Virus record (IMG/VR): IMGVR_UViG_3300009428_000005
Reading direction: 5' to 3' (one strand)
Source of the DNA: an uncultured virus (IMG/VR IMGVR_UViG_3300009428_000005)
Lineage: Duplodnaviria > Heunggongvirae > Uroviricota > Caudoviricetes
Length of the DNA: 64,000 bases
The notes below the pieces were generated by a model. That model made no database searches. It saw nothing but the letters and a program-made list of their open reading frames with translations, and had not been told where the DNA came from. Shown piece after piece: positions 48,377 through 59,121 of the stretch. A program made the translations under genes and the position numbers. Numbering within the stretch: the first letter of the stretch is position 1; every line of letters begins with the position of its first letter.

Positions 48377-49981
48377 ATGGAAATTAACAACCTATTAGAA
48401 AGCTCGAACGGGTATAAAAACGTTCAAGCAGACGCCGTTAAATTAGCGGACAAATGGCAAGCTTCTGGTTTGTTAGAAGGTTTAGGAGAAAAAGAGGCTA
48501 CTAACATGGCAATGATTCTTGAAAACCAAGCTAAACAAATCGTAGCTGAAGGAAACAGTACTAACTCAGGTGGTGCAACATTTACAGCTGGTCAAGGTGA
48601 GCAGTGGGCAGGTGTAGCTTTACCACTAGTACGTAAAGTATTTGCTCAAATCGTAGCAAAAGACTTCGTTTCAGTACAACCAATGAATCTTCCTTCTGGT
48701 CTAGTATTTTATCTAGATTTCAAATACGGAACTTCAACAGGTGGACGTGCTGCAGGAGATAACATGTACGGTAACGTATCTACAGCTGGTTCAAAAATTG
48801 GAAAAGATGTTGATCCTTCTGGAGGTCTTTACGGCGCTGGAAAATTCGGATACTCTATTAACACTGCATCTGTAGCTGCACAAGCAGTACCAGGAGCAGC
48901 AACTAGTGCTTCTATTGCATACCAAACTGATGCACCTCCAACTGACTTCTTTACTTTCGCTCATACATTCGCATCTGGTGATGCAATTGACGTAGAAGCA
49001 GTAAGAGCATTTAGAATTTATTCTGGAGCAGTAGACGTAACATCTCACCCAGCATTAACTACAGTAGACGCTAACGCAAGTACTCCAACAGTAACTTTCG
49101 TAATATCTAAATCAGTATCAGCTGGACTACCTGCTAACATGACAGGTTCTATCAAGACAGTAAAAGCACCAGTAGACAACGACAGAGGAGACTTTGAAGC
49201 TGATTCAACTGTAGCTGTTGATACTTCTATCAAGATTCCTGAAGTAGACGTAAAATTAAGCTCTGAGGCAATTGTTGCTAAAACAAGAAAACTTAAAGCT
49301 CAATGGACTCCAGAATTTGCACAAGATTTAAATGCTTACCATTCAATCGATGCTGAAGCTGAATTGACTTCACTTTTAAGTGAATACATTTCAATGGAAA
49401 TCGATCTTGAATTGTTAGACATGCTTATCTTAGATGCTGCAACTACTGAAAAATGGTCTGCTGAAAACAACAAAGTAATGAGCGCTGCAGGAAACTGGAT
49501 CACTTCTACTTCTGATTTTTACAATACTCAAGGACAATGGTTCCAAACATTAGGAACTAAAATCCAAAAAGTATCTAACAAGATTCACCAGAAAACATTA
49601 AGAGGTGGTGCAAACTTCCTAGTATGTTCTCCAACTGTAGCTACAATCCTAGAATCTATTCCTGGATATGCAGCTTCAACTGATGGTGATCAGCAAGAAT
49701 TCTCAATGGGTGTACAGAAAGTTGGAAACTTAGCTAACCGCTTTAAAGTTTACAAAAATCCTTACATGACTGAGAATATAATCCTAACTGGATATAGAGG
49801 ATCTCAATTCTTGGAAACAGGTGCAGTATATGCTCCTTACGTTCCATTATTGATGACTCCATTAGTATACGATCCTGAAACCTTCACTCCAAGAAAAGGT
49901 TTAATGACTCGTTATGCTAAGAAAATGATTCGCCCAGAATTTTACGGGAAGATCTTTATCGCTGACTTAAACCAAATCTAA
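48377..49981 (+). CDS. gp23: Major capsid protein (T4 gp23-like)
   Basis: GLLEG, LPLVR, VSVQPMNLPSGLVF, AKTRKLKAQWTPEFAQDL, AEAEL, YAPYVPL, DPETFTPRKGLMTRYA. Confidence 0.97.
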   Translation: MEINNLLESSNGYKNVQADAVKLADKWQASGLLEGLGEKEATNMAMILENQAKQIVAEGNSTNSGGATFTAGQGEQWAGVALPLVRKVFAQIVAKDFVSVQPMNLPSGLVFYLDFKYGTSTGGRAAGDNMYGNVSTAGSKIGKDVDPSGGLYGAGKFGYSINTASVAAQAVPGAATSASIAYQTDAPPTDFFTFAHTFASGDAIDVEAVRAFRIYSGAVDVTSHPALTTVDANASTPTVTFVISKSVSAGLPANMTGSIKTVKAPVDNDRGDFEADSTVAVDTSIKIPEVDVKLSSEAIVAKTRKLKAQWTPEFAQDLNAYHSIDAEAELTSLLSEYISMEIDLELLDMLILDAATTEKWSAENNKVMSAAGNWITSTSDFYNTQGQWFQTLGTKIQKVSNKIHQKTLRGGANFLVCSPTVATILESIPGYAASTDGDQQEFSMGVQKVGNLANRFKVYKNPYMTENIILTGYRGSQFLETGAVYAPYVPLLMTPLVYDPETFTPRKGLMTRYAKKMIRPEFYGKIFIADLNQI

Positions 49982-50012
49982 TTGATTTAATTTAATTAAG
50001 TAGTAAATTAAG

Positions 50013-50038
50013 AGAGCCCTTCGGGGCTCTTTTTTTTT
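50013..50038 (+). terminator. Rho-independent terminator
   Basis: AGAGCCC-TTCG-GGGCTCT followed by a T8 tract. Confidence 0.92.
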
Positions 50039-50072
50039 GTTTATATGTAGGATCTAAAGTATATAGTTCGGA

Positions 50073-50080
50073 TATTTATA
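50073..50080 (+). promoter_or_regulatory. Putative late promoter TATTTATA
   Basis: Immediately after the capsid terminator, upstream of phoH. Confidence 0.7.
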
Positions 50081-50105
50081 ATAACAAACTAAAACGTTAT
50101 TATAC

Positions 50106-50792
50106 ATGCCTTCAAAACACCATACGGACGATGTATTCGTTCAAAAGAAGAGACCTAAAAGACCTATTAAGTTTAACGTTCAATTAAATGACGAACAAAA
50201 AGAAGCTAAAGCAAAGATACTTCAATATCCTATAACAGTCCTAAAAGGAATGGCAGGTTCAGGTAAAACTTTAGTTGCAACACAGGTAGCATTAGACCTA
50301 TTATTTACTAAACAGATAGATAAGGTTGTTATCACAAGACCTACGGTGTCTAAAGAAGATATAGGGTTCTTACCAGGAAACATTAAGGAGAAGATGGACC
50401 CTTGGTTAGCACCAATTTATCACAATTTATTTATGTTGTACAGTAAAGAAAAAGTACAGAAGCTATTAGACGATGAAACAATCGAAATAGTTCCATTTGC
50501 TTTCTTAAGAGGTAGAACATTTTTAAACTCTCTTGTAATAGTAGATGAAGCTCAAAATGTTACCCATAACCAAATGGAAACAGTAATAGGACGTCTAGGA
50601 AAAAATTCTAAAATGGTTATATGTGGAGATATGGCTCAAATAGATCTAAAAGATAAGAGGGAAACAGGATTTTCTTTTTTAGCTAGGATAGAAGAACAAG
50701 TAGAAGGTTTTGCTACCCATAGTCTACAGTTAAACCATAGACATACTATAGTTTCACCTATTCTACAAGTATATCAAACCTTCAGAGATTAA
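50106..50792 (+). CDS. phoH: PhoH-family ATPase
   Basis: GMAGSGKT, ITRP, IGFLPG, FLRGRTF, VDEAQN, GRLG, GDMAQID, NHRH. Confidence 0.95.
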   Translation: MPSKHHTDDVFVQKKRPKRPIKFNVQLNDEQKEAKAKILQYPITVLKGMAGSGKTLVATQVALDLLFTKQIDKVVITRPTVSKEDIGFLPGNIKEKMDPWLAPIYHNLFMLYSKEKVQKLLDDETIEIVPFAFLRGRTFLNSLVIVDEAQNVTHNQMETVIGRLGKNSKMVICGDMAQIDLKDKRETGFSFLARIEEQVEGFATHSLQLNHRHTIVSPILQVYQTFRD

Positions 50793-50796
50793 TCAC

Positions 50797-50804
50797 TATT
50801 TATA
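50797..50804 (+). promoter_or_regulatory. Putative late promoter TATTTATA
   Basis: Intergenic octamer. Confidence 0.7.
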
Positions 50805-50818
50805 ATAAACTTTATTAA

Positions 50819-51961
50819 ATGGCTAATGTATCAATATGGGACGGTAGTGCAACATTTGCAGTTGGAATGACTCCATTTGGATTCTACGATGCAGATACAG
50901 ATTTTCAATCTGATGCAGTTAAAGTATCTAAATTTTGTGGAACCAGATTAGGATTTCCTCTAATGGATGTCGAACTACAATCAGGATCTTTTTTTGCATG
51001 CTTTGAAGAAGCAGTAACTACTTACGGAAATGAAGTATTTCAATATAAAATTAGAGAGAACTACTTAAGTCTTGAAGGAAGCACTACAGGCAGTGCATTA
51101 AATAATCAATTAGTTGAACCAACACTTGAAAGAGTAGTAGGTATAGGCGATTCTTACGGGGTAGAAGCAGAAGTAGGAGGTAATGTAACAATGTATACAG
51201 GATCTCTAAAAGTATCAGCCTCTGTACAAGAGTACAATATGGATGCTTGGGCAACCTCAGCAGGAATTACAGGTAGTATTGAAGTAAGAAGAGTTTTTTA
51301 TGAAGCTCCACCAGCTATCATGCGCTACTTCGATCCTTATGCAGGAACAGGTACAGGAGTACAGTCATTAATGGATGCTTTTGATTTTGGATCATTTAGT
51401 CCAGGAGTTAACTTCTTATTAATGCCGGCTTCATATGATATACTTAAAGTACAAGCAATTGAATTTAATGATCAAATAAGAAGATCAGCCTATTCATTTA
51501 AATTAATTAATAACAACCTTACATTATTCCCAGTCCCTACTTTAGCTCATAATTTAAGATTTGAGTACTATAGGGTAGATGATAAAAGGAATGTCACCCC
51601 AAATACAGCTAGAGACCTAATTACTAATGTAGGAGAAGTACCATATACCAATCCTGTATACTCACAATTTAATAGTGTCGGTAGACAATGGGTATTCAAG
51701 TATAGTTTAGCATTAGCAAAAGAGTTATTAGCATATGTAAGAGGAAAATATCAAACCATACCAGTTCCTGGGTCTGAAGCTACATTAAACCAGAGTGATT
51801 TACTTGCAGATGCAAGGTCAGAAAAAGATGCATTGGTAGAGAATTTAAGAGAGATGTTAGAACAAACTTCTAGACAATCTCAACTAGAAAGAAGAGCTAG
51901 CGAGTCAGATAACTTAAGGACTATCCAAAACGATATACCTAATGTAATTTATATAGGGTAA
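50819..51961 (+). CDS. Neck/head-tail adaptor protein (T4 gp13-like)
   Basis: RLGFPLMDVEL, WVFKYSLALAKELLAYVRGKY...ATLN, C-terminal IYIG. Confidence 0.85.
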   Translation: MANVSIWDGSATFAVGMTPFGFYDADTDFQSDAVKVSKFCGTRLGFPLMDVELQSGSFFACFEEAVTTYGNEVFQYKIRENYLSLEGSTTGSALNNQLVEPTLERVVGIGDSYGVEAEVGGNVTMYTGSLKVSASVQEYNMDAWATSAGITGSIEVRRVFYEAPPAIMRYFDPYAGTGTGVQSLMDAFDFGSFSPGVNFLLMPASYDILKVQAIEFNDQIRRSAYSFKLINNNLTLFPVPTLAHNLRFEYYRVDDKRNVTPNTARDLITNVGEVPYTNPVYSQFNSVGRQWVFKYSLALAKELLAYVRGKYQTIPVPGSEATLNQSDLLADARSEKDALVENLREMLEQTSRQSQLERRASESDNLRTIQNDIPNVIYIG

Positions 51962-52260
51962 TGAAGTTAACACAAATACTATCAGAAGTAGAATTCATGA
52001 CATACGAAGGTATGGTACAAATCGTTTATGAAGATAGCGATGCCAATGAAATAGGAGATCTAATAAGAGCATTACCAGGTGTTACTACAGTTACAATAGC
52101 AAGTACAGATGAAGAAACTAGTAAAGTTACTCTTAAGGTAAAGTTAATTACTCAAAAACAAGGTCAAGAAGCTTTTCAAGCACTAAAACAAAATGCAATA
52201 AGTAAATACCCACCAGTCAAAGATGTAGAGATAGGTGATAACACAATAGAAGAAAAATAA
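51961..52260 (+). CDS. Hypothetical protein with MKLTQILSE leader
   Basis: 99 aa; IRALPGVTTV. Confidence 0.75.
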   Translation: MKLTQILSEVEFMTYEGMVQIVYEDSDANEIGDLIRALPGVTTVTIASTDEETSKVTLKVKLITQKQGQEAFQALKQNAISKYPPVKDVEIGDNTIEEK

Positions 52261-52745
52261 TGCTATTTGGATCCAACAGAGATTTCGATTTACTAGTCAA
52301 CATCAATAGAGAAGTACTAGCTGATATTATAGAACAAGAAATTCTGTACTATAAGTTATCTTTAGAAGATACTCAAGCTAATATATACGGAGAAGCACTT
52401 GAAAAATTTTATAACAATGCAGTTAAACTTAATTGTTTAATTACTAGAGGTGATCAAGTAGTAGATATCCAAGAGTTCGGCCCTGATTTAGGGAGAGAAG
52501 CATCTTTTGCTTTTTTAAGACCTGATTTAACAGACTCTATAGTAGTACCGGAGATAGGCGATATTATTGCTTGGCACAATGACTATTATGAAGTAGATAC
52601 AGTTAGAGAGAACCAGTTATTCTTAGGAAGAGACAGTAGTTATAACCTAACTAACAGTACTAGTGGATTCGGATCTTCATTATCTATTATAGCTGATTGT
52701 CATTTAACAAGAGGAGATAGATTAGGAATAGATGAAATTAGATAA
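52260..52745 (+). CDS. Head closure/neck protein (gp14-like)
   Basis: NIYGEA, PEIGDII...YYEV; position after gp13-like gene. Confidence 0.75.
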   Translation: MLFGSNRDFDLLVNINREVLADIIEQEILYYKLSLEDTQANIYGEALEKFYNNAVKLNCLITRGDQVVDIQEFGPDLGREASFAFLRPDLTDSIVVPEIGDIIAWHNDYYEVDTVRENQLFLGRDSSYNLTNSTSGFGSSLSIIADCHLTRGDRLGIDEIR

Positions 52746-52747
52746 TT

Positions 52748-53604
52748 ATGGCTGGAAATAAACCAACACCTAAATCACAAGAACAGTTATCCCAAGATCT
52801 TATATCAAACTATAAGAACCCAGATACTGATTCTCCTATTCAAGATAAAGCTCCTTTAAGTACAGCTAAGAATAGAGAGAATCAAATAAGAAGAGATAAC
52901 GATAAGGTTAGAAACTTTACTATAGGCGTAAAAGATATAGATGAAGCTATCCACTACTACTTTAACGAAGTAATTAGACCTTCAGTAGTTCAAAACGGTA
53001 AAACTTTAAATGTACCACTAGTGTACGGATCACCAGAAGATGGGCTTCAGTACAAAAAGACGGTTTCTATAGAGATAAAAATGGTAAGATGCAAGCACCT
53101 ATCATTATGTTTAAGAGAGACAGTATAGAAAAAAATAGATCACTCGGTAATAAGCTAGACGGTAACAGTCCACATAACTACGGTATCTTTGAAAAGAAAT
53201 TTAGTAAAAAAAACGTATATGATAAGTTTGACATACTAAATAATAGAGTACCAGAAAAAGAATACTATGCAGTATCTATACCTGATTATGTTAATATTAC
53301 ATACTCTTGTATTATATTTACAGACTACTTAGAACAAAACAATAAAATAATAGAATCAGTCAACTATGCCTCAGATGCATATTGGGGAGAACCTAATAGA
53401 TTTAGTTTTAGAGCAATGATCGATTCGTATAATACAGTTACAGAAGTTTCTCAAGGAAACGAACGTATTAATAAGACAGATTTCCAGATAAACCTTTTAG
53501 GACACCTAGTTCCTGATAGTATTAATGCACAGACATTTAATGCAAGTAAATTTTTCTCTAAATCTTCAGTAAAATTTGGTTTAGAAACAGAAGGTAAACT
53601 ATAA
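52748..53604 (+). CDS. Tail terminator/completion protein (gp15-like, ~285 aa), split by a -1 frameshift near 53038 (probable sequencing error)
   Basis: Adding one A at CCA-GAA-GA gives VPLVYGSPERWASVQKDGFYRDKNGKMQAPIIMFKR; then PDYVNITYS. Confidence 0.75.
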
Positions 53605-53610
53605 AAGTGA

Positions 53611-53618
53611 TATTTATA
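53611..53618 (+). promoter_or_regulatory. Putative late promoter TATTTATA
   Basis: Intergenic octamer. Confidence 0.7.
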
Positions 53619-53662
53619 TAAGAGAGTTACACAAAGGTTATGCTTAAAATAAAAGAGCATAC

Positions 53663-56600
53663 ATGTCACAACAGTTTATAACCGAATTATCCGGTTCATT
53701 AATATTTAGAAGCGGTTCCAATGAATCGAGTATTAGACCAAGCGGAACAGGAGTATCTGTATCCGGTTCATTTAATATAACCGGTTCACAACTTACGTTT
53801 AACGGTACTGATGTTATGGCCCGTATTGGCTCATTAGAAGCCGGTGTAAATACTTCTGCATCCTTAGGTCCTTTAAATACACATTCAGGATCCCTCAATA
53901 CATTTACAGGTTCAATACAAACTCAAGTTAATGCTTTACAAGCAGCAACAAGTTCGTACTTGACAACAACACCAGCAGGTACAGTTTCTTCATCTGCTCA
54001 ACTACCTAGCGGGATAGTATCATCATCGATACAACTACCTTCTGGTATATTATCATCATCCACACAAGTAACTAGTTTAGGATTTATAACAGACGTAGCA
54101 GCCGGTACAATTTCATCTTCAGCCCAAATCTCGACATTAGGGTATGTAACCTCTTCAACGGCTGCTGTTTCTGATCTTAATGCTAAGACAGGGTCATATG
54201 CTACTACAGGATCTAATCACTTTAGTGGAAATCAATTCATAACAGGCCATATACTTCCTCAATCTGATGGAAGTAATAACGGTACATATGATTTAGGATC
54301 AGCAAGTGATCCATTTAGAGACCTATACATAACAACAGCATCATTAAACTTCGTTAAAGACGGAGTAGTAATCTCTAAGCTGACAAGTGTTAATAACGGT
54401 ATTAAAATAGGTAATCTGGTAATAGGTACATCCTCTATAGACTTCATTGACTCTACAGGATCAATAGTTTCCACAGTAGCATCAGCAACGATTGACGGAT
54501 CTGGGAATGCAATAAATATAAATTCTTCAACGGCAGGTACTGTATCATCATCCGCTCAAATATCCACCTTAGGGTACTTAACTTCTGCTTCAGCAGCAGC
54601 AACCGGCTTCGGTAGTGGTGGAGGGAGCTATACTTTAACTAATGCTAGGGTAGCAGCTCTAGAGGCAGGAATAATCTCCTCATCAGCACAATTACCAAGT
54701 AACATAGTATCTTCTTCAACTCAAATAACAAGTTTAGGGTACTTAACAAGCACACCTGCAGGTACTATCTCCTCATCGGCACAATTGCCATCAGGACTTG
54801 TAAGTAGCTCAACACAACTCCCTGCTGGGATATTATCATCATCTACACAAGTATCAACAGCAGGATTTCTAACATCAGCTTCTGCAGCTTCTGCTGGATT
54901 TGGTTCAGGAGTAGCAGTAGCTTATAATGGTAATAGAATTGTTAGTCAAACTAACCTACCAGGTCTATTTAGTGCTTCATTTAATGCAGGAACTAGTGGA
55001 AGTATAACAGAATTTTTAGATAAAGTATTTTTCCCTAACACTACACCTTCTATATCTACAGGTAATCAAGTTCAGGAAGAATTTACGGCATCAGGATCAA
55101 GTATAGTAACTGTAGCAGCAACAGATGCTGAAGGACAAGCACTTACTTTCGGTGTAGGAGCAGGATATACGGATAATTTTGTTAAAGTAGCATCTAATGG
55201 TGCAATGACTTGGAATGCTTTAGCTACTGCATCAATGAATACTACAGATAGGGGAGATGGAAATGATGCTCATCCCGTTATTGTTACTGCAACAGATACA
55301 TTCGCAGCAGTAGCATCAAAAACAATATACATAACTGTTACCCCAAACGCAGCTCCTAAGTTTAGAGAGACTTCTGTATCAGGTAACATTATAACTTCTT
55401 ATGCAGCTAATGTAAGTGAAAGCAATGGTGCAGGAGAAATAACCAAAATATACTTCTCGGATGCAGAAAGTGATACTATTACCATAACATCACAATCTCA
55501 TGCATCAGGAGACTTTAATATAGTAAAGTATTCTACTTATGTAGCAGTAAACCAAGTAACTTCTTCATTAAACTATGAAGGTACTCAAACTTATAACTTT
55601 TCTGTATCAGCTTCTGATGAACATTACGGGAATGGAGATGTAGATTCTATTGTTAGAATGCCTATTACTATAAATGTAGTAGATAACCCAGGACCTGTAC
55701 TTAATAATCAAAGTATTTCTGGTGTAAATGAAAATAGCAGTGACGGAACATCAGCAGGATCAGTATCAGCAACAGATGTTAACGGAGATACTATAACATT
55801 CACCTCTTTTACTTTAGGAGGACTTAAAATAGATGGCAGTAGTGTTTCTACAGGTACCTATACCGGTGGCTCACAGCTGACTAACCCACATGAAGATCCA
55901 TTTCAAATGTCTTCAACAGGAGTAGTTACTAGAAAAGCAGGAGTATTCCTTAATAGTGACCTAATTAACTCTTATATATACTCAGCTTCAGTAAATGATG
56001 CATATAACGTTAAGACTTCAGCAACTGTTACAATTCCAGTAGCAGATGATACTCCAGCCACACTATCTAACAACGCAACCTTCTATATTATTGAATCAGC
56101 ACTATCTGGCTCATCAGTAACTACAGCTACATCAGGAATAGCAGGAACAGTAGCCGATTATAACGCTAATCAATCAGTTACCTTTAATGTTAACCCAACT
56201 AATAGATTCTCTATCAGTTCAGCAGGTAATATTACGGTAAATAGTAATATATCAGGATCAGCAGTAGGAGGAACAAGCATAACCGGTTCAGTAACAGCAT
56301 CTAATGCATTTGCAACAAAGACTCATGATGCCTTTACGGTATCAATAACAAATAATAGCGGACCTACTATATCTGCTACACCAACTACTGCGAATCTTAA
56401 CACAAACGGTGCTAGACCAAGTAATAACCTATATGTACTAACGTTTTCTGATCCAGAAGGAGATAATGTAGACCTAAATCAATTTACTTTTAGTGGAACT
56501 AACCTTTCATCATCTAAAGCAGGCGGTCAAGTATCAGTTTCACCTACTTCTAATCTAACAGCAGGAACTTATAACTTTACAGCATCTATAACTGATGTAG

Positions 56601-59110
56601 GAGGCTTTGATACGGTAACTAATACAACAGAATTCAGTATAACACAAGCACCAACAGGTTCTTTAACAGGATCTGGTGCGTTTTATATAATAGAATCAGC
56701 AGTAACAACTAATAACATAGTTAATAACGTAAATGGACGTACAGGTAATCAAGCTTCTGCTAGTATTACTTACTCTCCACAATTTAATAGTGCAGGAGCA
56801 ACAGCATTCACATCTTCCAACTCAGCAATAGCAATAACTAATGCTGGATTACTTAGTATTAATGTAAATTTAAGCGGATCAGCAACTTCTTCAGGAGCAA
56901 CTATAGCTTCTACTATATCTTACCAAGATCAGTATAATAACATAGGGTCAGAGAATATATCTGTTGCAGTTACTACTAATCATGTACCTACTGCATCATT
57001 TACTAATCAAACATCGATATACAATACTAATCAAGCTGTATCTAATGCTAATTTAGTATCAGTAGCTATAACCGATATAGAAAGTGATAGTCCTTATGCG
57101 ATAACACTGTCAGGAGCTAATGCAGCATCAATGTCTGCAGTACCAACTAACGGAATATCAAGTTCTTGGGAGATAAGAGCAGTAAATAACTTACCAGCAG
57201 CAACTTATACGTATAATGTAACAGTAACTGATAACTTTAATAAGAGTAATTCATATAATGGTAGATCATTTACTATAGCACAAGCAGATGACGGTACTTT
57301 ATCTAATAACGGTACCTACTATATAATAGAATCAGCAACTTCATCATCTAATGTAGTTACTAGTGCTAATGGACGTACAGGAACACAAGGAGCAGTAAGT
57401 GTTGCCTACTCTCCTAACTATGCTTCACAGGTTGCTACTAGTTTTAGTTCTAGCAATGCTTTAATCAACGTACATCCTACATCTGGGGTACTTACAGCTG
57501 CACAAAATATATCAGGATCATCAAATGTTAGTGGATCAACAATAGCTTCTACTATATCTTGGACAGATCAATACAGTAATACAGATTCTACAGCAATAGC
57601 AGTAAACGTAACTAAAAATAACCCACCAGACATAGTATTTAGCGATACTACAGCTAATCATAATACTAATGGTGCAAGACCGGGTAATAATTTAACAACT
57701 CTATCCTTTACTGATACAGAAGACGACAGTATAGACTATACTTCTATAACATTAGCATATGGAGGAGCTAATTTGACAGCAGTAACAGCAGGAACTACTA
57801 GAATAATAAGACCAACAGCTAATCTAACAGCTAATACATATGTTGTTACTGCTAGTATATCGAATAACTTTCATACTAATACAGAACATCATTCAATTGC
57901 AGTTACAGGCTCTAATGCAGGTACTTTAGGCACAAACGGAACCTTTTATGTAATAGAATCAGCTACAAATTATCAACCTGTAGTAACAAACAGCAATGGA
58001 CGTACAGGAACAACAGGTAGTTTATCAGTTTCTTATAATCCACAGTTTAATAGTGCTGCAGTTCAGAACTATACATCATCTAATTCAGCTATATCAATTG
58101 GTACTACAGGAGATATAACATTAAACCTTAACTTAAGCGGTTCAGCTACTGGTTCTGGAGCAACTATATCGTCTAATATTACTTTTCAAGACCAATACAA
58201 TACTATTGGATCAGGAAGCATATCAATAGCAGTAACAGCTAATACAGCACCTACAGTAGTATCATTTACCGACGTACCGTCTAACTTTACAGCTTCTGTA
58301 TCCGCAGGAACTAACTTAGTTAGTATGAGTATTCAAGATACAGAAAGCAATACACCTTTTAGTGCTAGCTTATCTGGTACAGATGCAGCAAAATTAAAGT
58401 TTAGTTACAACAATGCAGATTCATCATCAGCATTTATACAGGCAGCAAGTACTTTAGGAGCTGAAGTAATAGACTATAACGTAACAGTACATGATTCATT
58501 TGGTAAAAATACAAGTTACACAGGTAGGTCACTAACTTTGGTAGCAGCACAGCCTAAAACATTTGCATATGGACTCTCATGGGCAGCTAATCCATCATCA
58601 GAAGCACAGTTTATAGCAACAGCAGGAGATGCCGGTGCAGATGAAACAGCAGTAGTATCAGGATCAGTAGTTTCACACTTCCAATCAGGAGGTATAGGTT
58701 CTACATTCGGGACTTCTTACGGAGCACCTGCTACTTTAACATTAATTAGGACAGCATCCTTAACAGATCTATCAGATTCTAGTAATACGGGTACATCTCA
58801 ATTAGGATACTTTAACTTTAGCGGAGGAGCTCAGCATGTAATAATTATATTTGCTAGTTCTAGTTTAGTTAAAGGTAAACCGAGAAGTATGTACGATGGA
58901 GTTCCTCCTGATAGTACAGGTACAGCAAAAGAATATTATACTTACGCTAAAAACGCATCAATTCCTGGAACTATGGGATCAGGAGTATATTATTTTGATA
59001 CAACAGACGCAATAGATGGAGTATCAAGATGGGGAATGGTTTTTGGAGAAGGAAAAAATACAAATAATTCAAAATATTACCTGATGCCAGATTCAGCATC
59101 AGCACCATAA
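53663..59110 (+). CDS. Giant fibre/adhesin-like virion protein with cadherin/Ig-like repeats
   Basis: 1815 aa; G(T/I)(V/I)SSS(A/T)Q repeats; ATDAEG, FSDAESD, ATDVNGD, FSDPEGD cadherin-like motifs; repeated (F/Y)Y(I/V)IESA modules. Confidence 0.75.
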   Translation: MSQQFITELSGSLIFRSGSNESSIRPSGTGVSVSGSFNITGSQLTFNGTDVMARIGSLEAGVNTSASLGPLNTHSGSLNTFTGSIQTQVNALQAATSSYLTTTPAGTVSSSAQLPSGIVSSSIQLPSGILSSSTQVTSLGFITDVAAGTISSSAQISTLGYVTSSTAAVSDLNAKTGSYATTGSNHFSGNQFITGHILPQSDGSNNGTYDLGSASDPFRDLYITTASLNFVKDGVVISKLTSVNNGIKIGNLVIGTSSIDFIDSTGSIVSTVASATIDGSGNAININSSTAGTVSSSAQISTLGYLTSASAAATGFGSGGGSYTLTNARVAALEAGIISSSAQLPSNIVSSSTQITSLGYLTSTPAGTISSSAQLPSGLVSSSTQLPAGILSSSTQVSTAGFLTSASAASAGFGSGVAVAYNGNRIVSQTNLPGLFSASFNAGTSGSITEFLDKVFFPNTTPSISTGNQVQEEFTASGSSIVTVAATDAEGQALTFGVGAGYTDNFVKVASNGAMTWNALATASMNTTDRGDGNDAHPVIVTATDTFAAVASKTIYITVTPNAAPKFRETSVSGNIITSYAANVSESNGAGEITKIYFSDAESDTITITSQSHASGDFNIVKYSTYVAVNQVTSSLNYEGTQTYNFSVSASDEHYGNGDVDSIVRMPITINVVDNPGPVLNNQSISGVNENSSDGTSAGSVSATDVNGDTITFTSFTLGGLKIDGSSVSTGTYTGGSQLTNPHEDPFQMSSTGVVTRKAGVFLNSDLINSYIYSASVNDAYNVKTSATVTIPVADDTPATLSNNATFYIIESALSGSSVTTATSGIAGTVADYNANQSVTFNVNPTNRFSISSAGNITVNSNISGSAVGGTSITGSVTASNAFATKTHDAFTVSITNNSGPTISATPTTANLNTNGARPSNNLYVLTFSDPEGDNVDLNQFTFSGTNLSSSKAGGQVSVSPTSNLTAGTYNFTASITDVGGFDTVTNTTEFSITQAPTGSLTGSGAFYIIESAVTTNNIVNNVNGRTGNQASASITYSPQFNSAGATAFTSSNSAIAITNAGLLSINVNLSGSATSSGATIASTISYQDQYNNIGSENISVAVTTNHVPTASFTNQTSIYNTNQAVSNANLVSVAITDIESDSPYAITLSGANAASMSAVPTNGISSSWEIRAVNNLPAATYTYNVTVTDNFNKSNSYNGRSFTIAQADDGTLSNNGTYYIIESATSSSNVVTSANGRTGTQGAVSVAYSPNYASQVATSFSSSNALINVHPTSGVLTAAQNISGSSNVSGSTIASTISWTDQYSNTDSTAIAVNVTKNNPPDIVFSDTTANHNTNGARPGNNLTTLSFTDTEDDSIDYTSITLAYGGANLTAVTAGTTRIIRPTANLTANTYVVTASISNNFHTNTEHHSIAVTGSNAGTLGTNGTFYVIESATNYQPVVTNSNGRTGTTGSLSVSYNPQFNSAAVQNYTSSNSAISIGTTGDITLNLNLSGSATGSGATISSNITFQDQYNTIGSGSISIAVTANTAPTVVSFTDVPSNFTASVSAGTNLVSMSIQDTESNTPFSASLSGTDAAKLKFSYNNADSSSAFIQAASTLGAEVIDYNVTVHDSFGKNTSYTGRSLTLVAAQPKTFAYGLSWAANPSSEAQFIATAGDAGADETAVVSGSVVSHFQSGGIGSTFGTSYGAPATLTLIRTASLTDLSDSSNTGTSQLGYFNFSGGAQHVIIIFASSSLVKGKPRSMYDGVPPDSTGTAKEYYTYAKNASIPGTMGSGVYYFDTTDAIDGVSRWGMVFGEGKNTNNSKYYLMPDSASAP

Positions 59111-59121
59111 TAAGATAAGGC

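Noticed and set aside
39427..49981. Introns or inteins in terminase, portal or capsid genes
   Set aside because: The ORFs are uninterrupted, of expected size, and show no intein or homing-endonuclease motifs.
50106..50792. phoH as a novelty
   Set aside because: It is a common gene in large aquatic phages.
53030..53128. Programmed -1 frameshift in the tail terminator gene
   Set aside because: Same signature: GAA-GA instead of GAA-AGA, no slippery site, and repair restores the YGSPERW motif.
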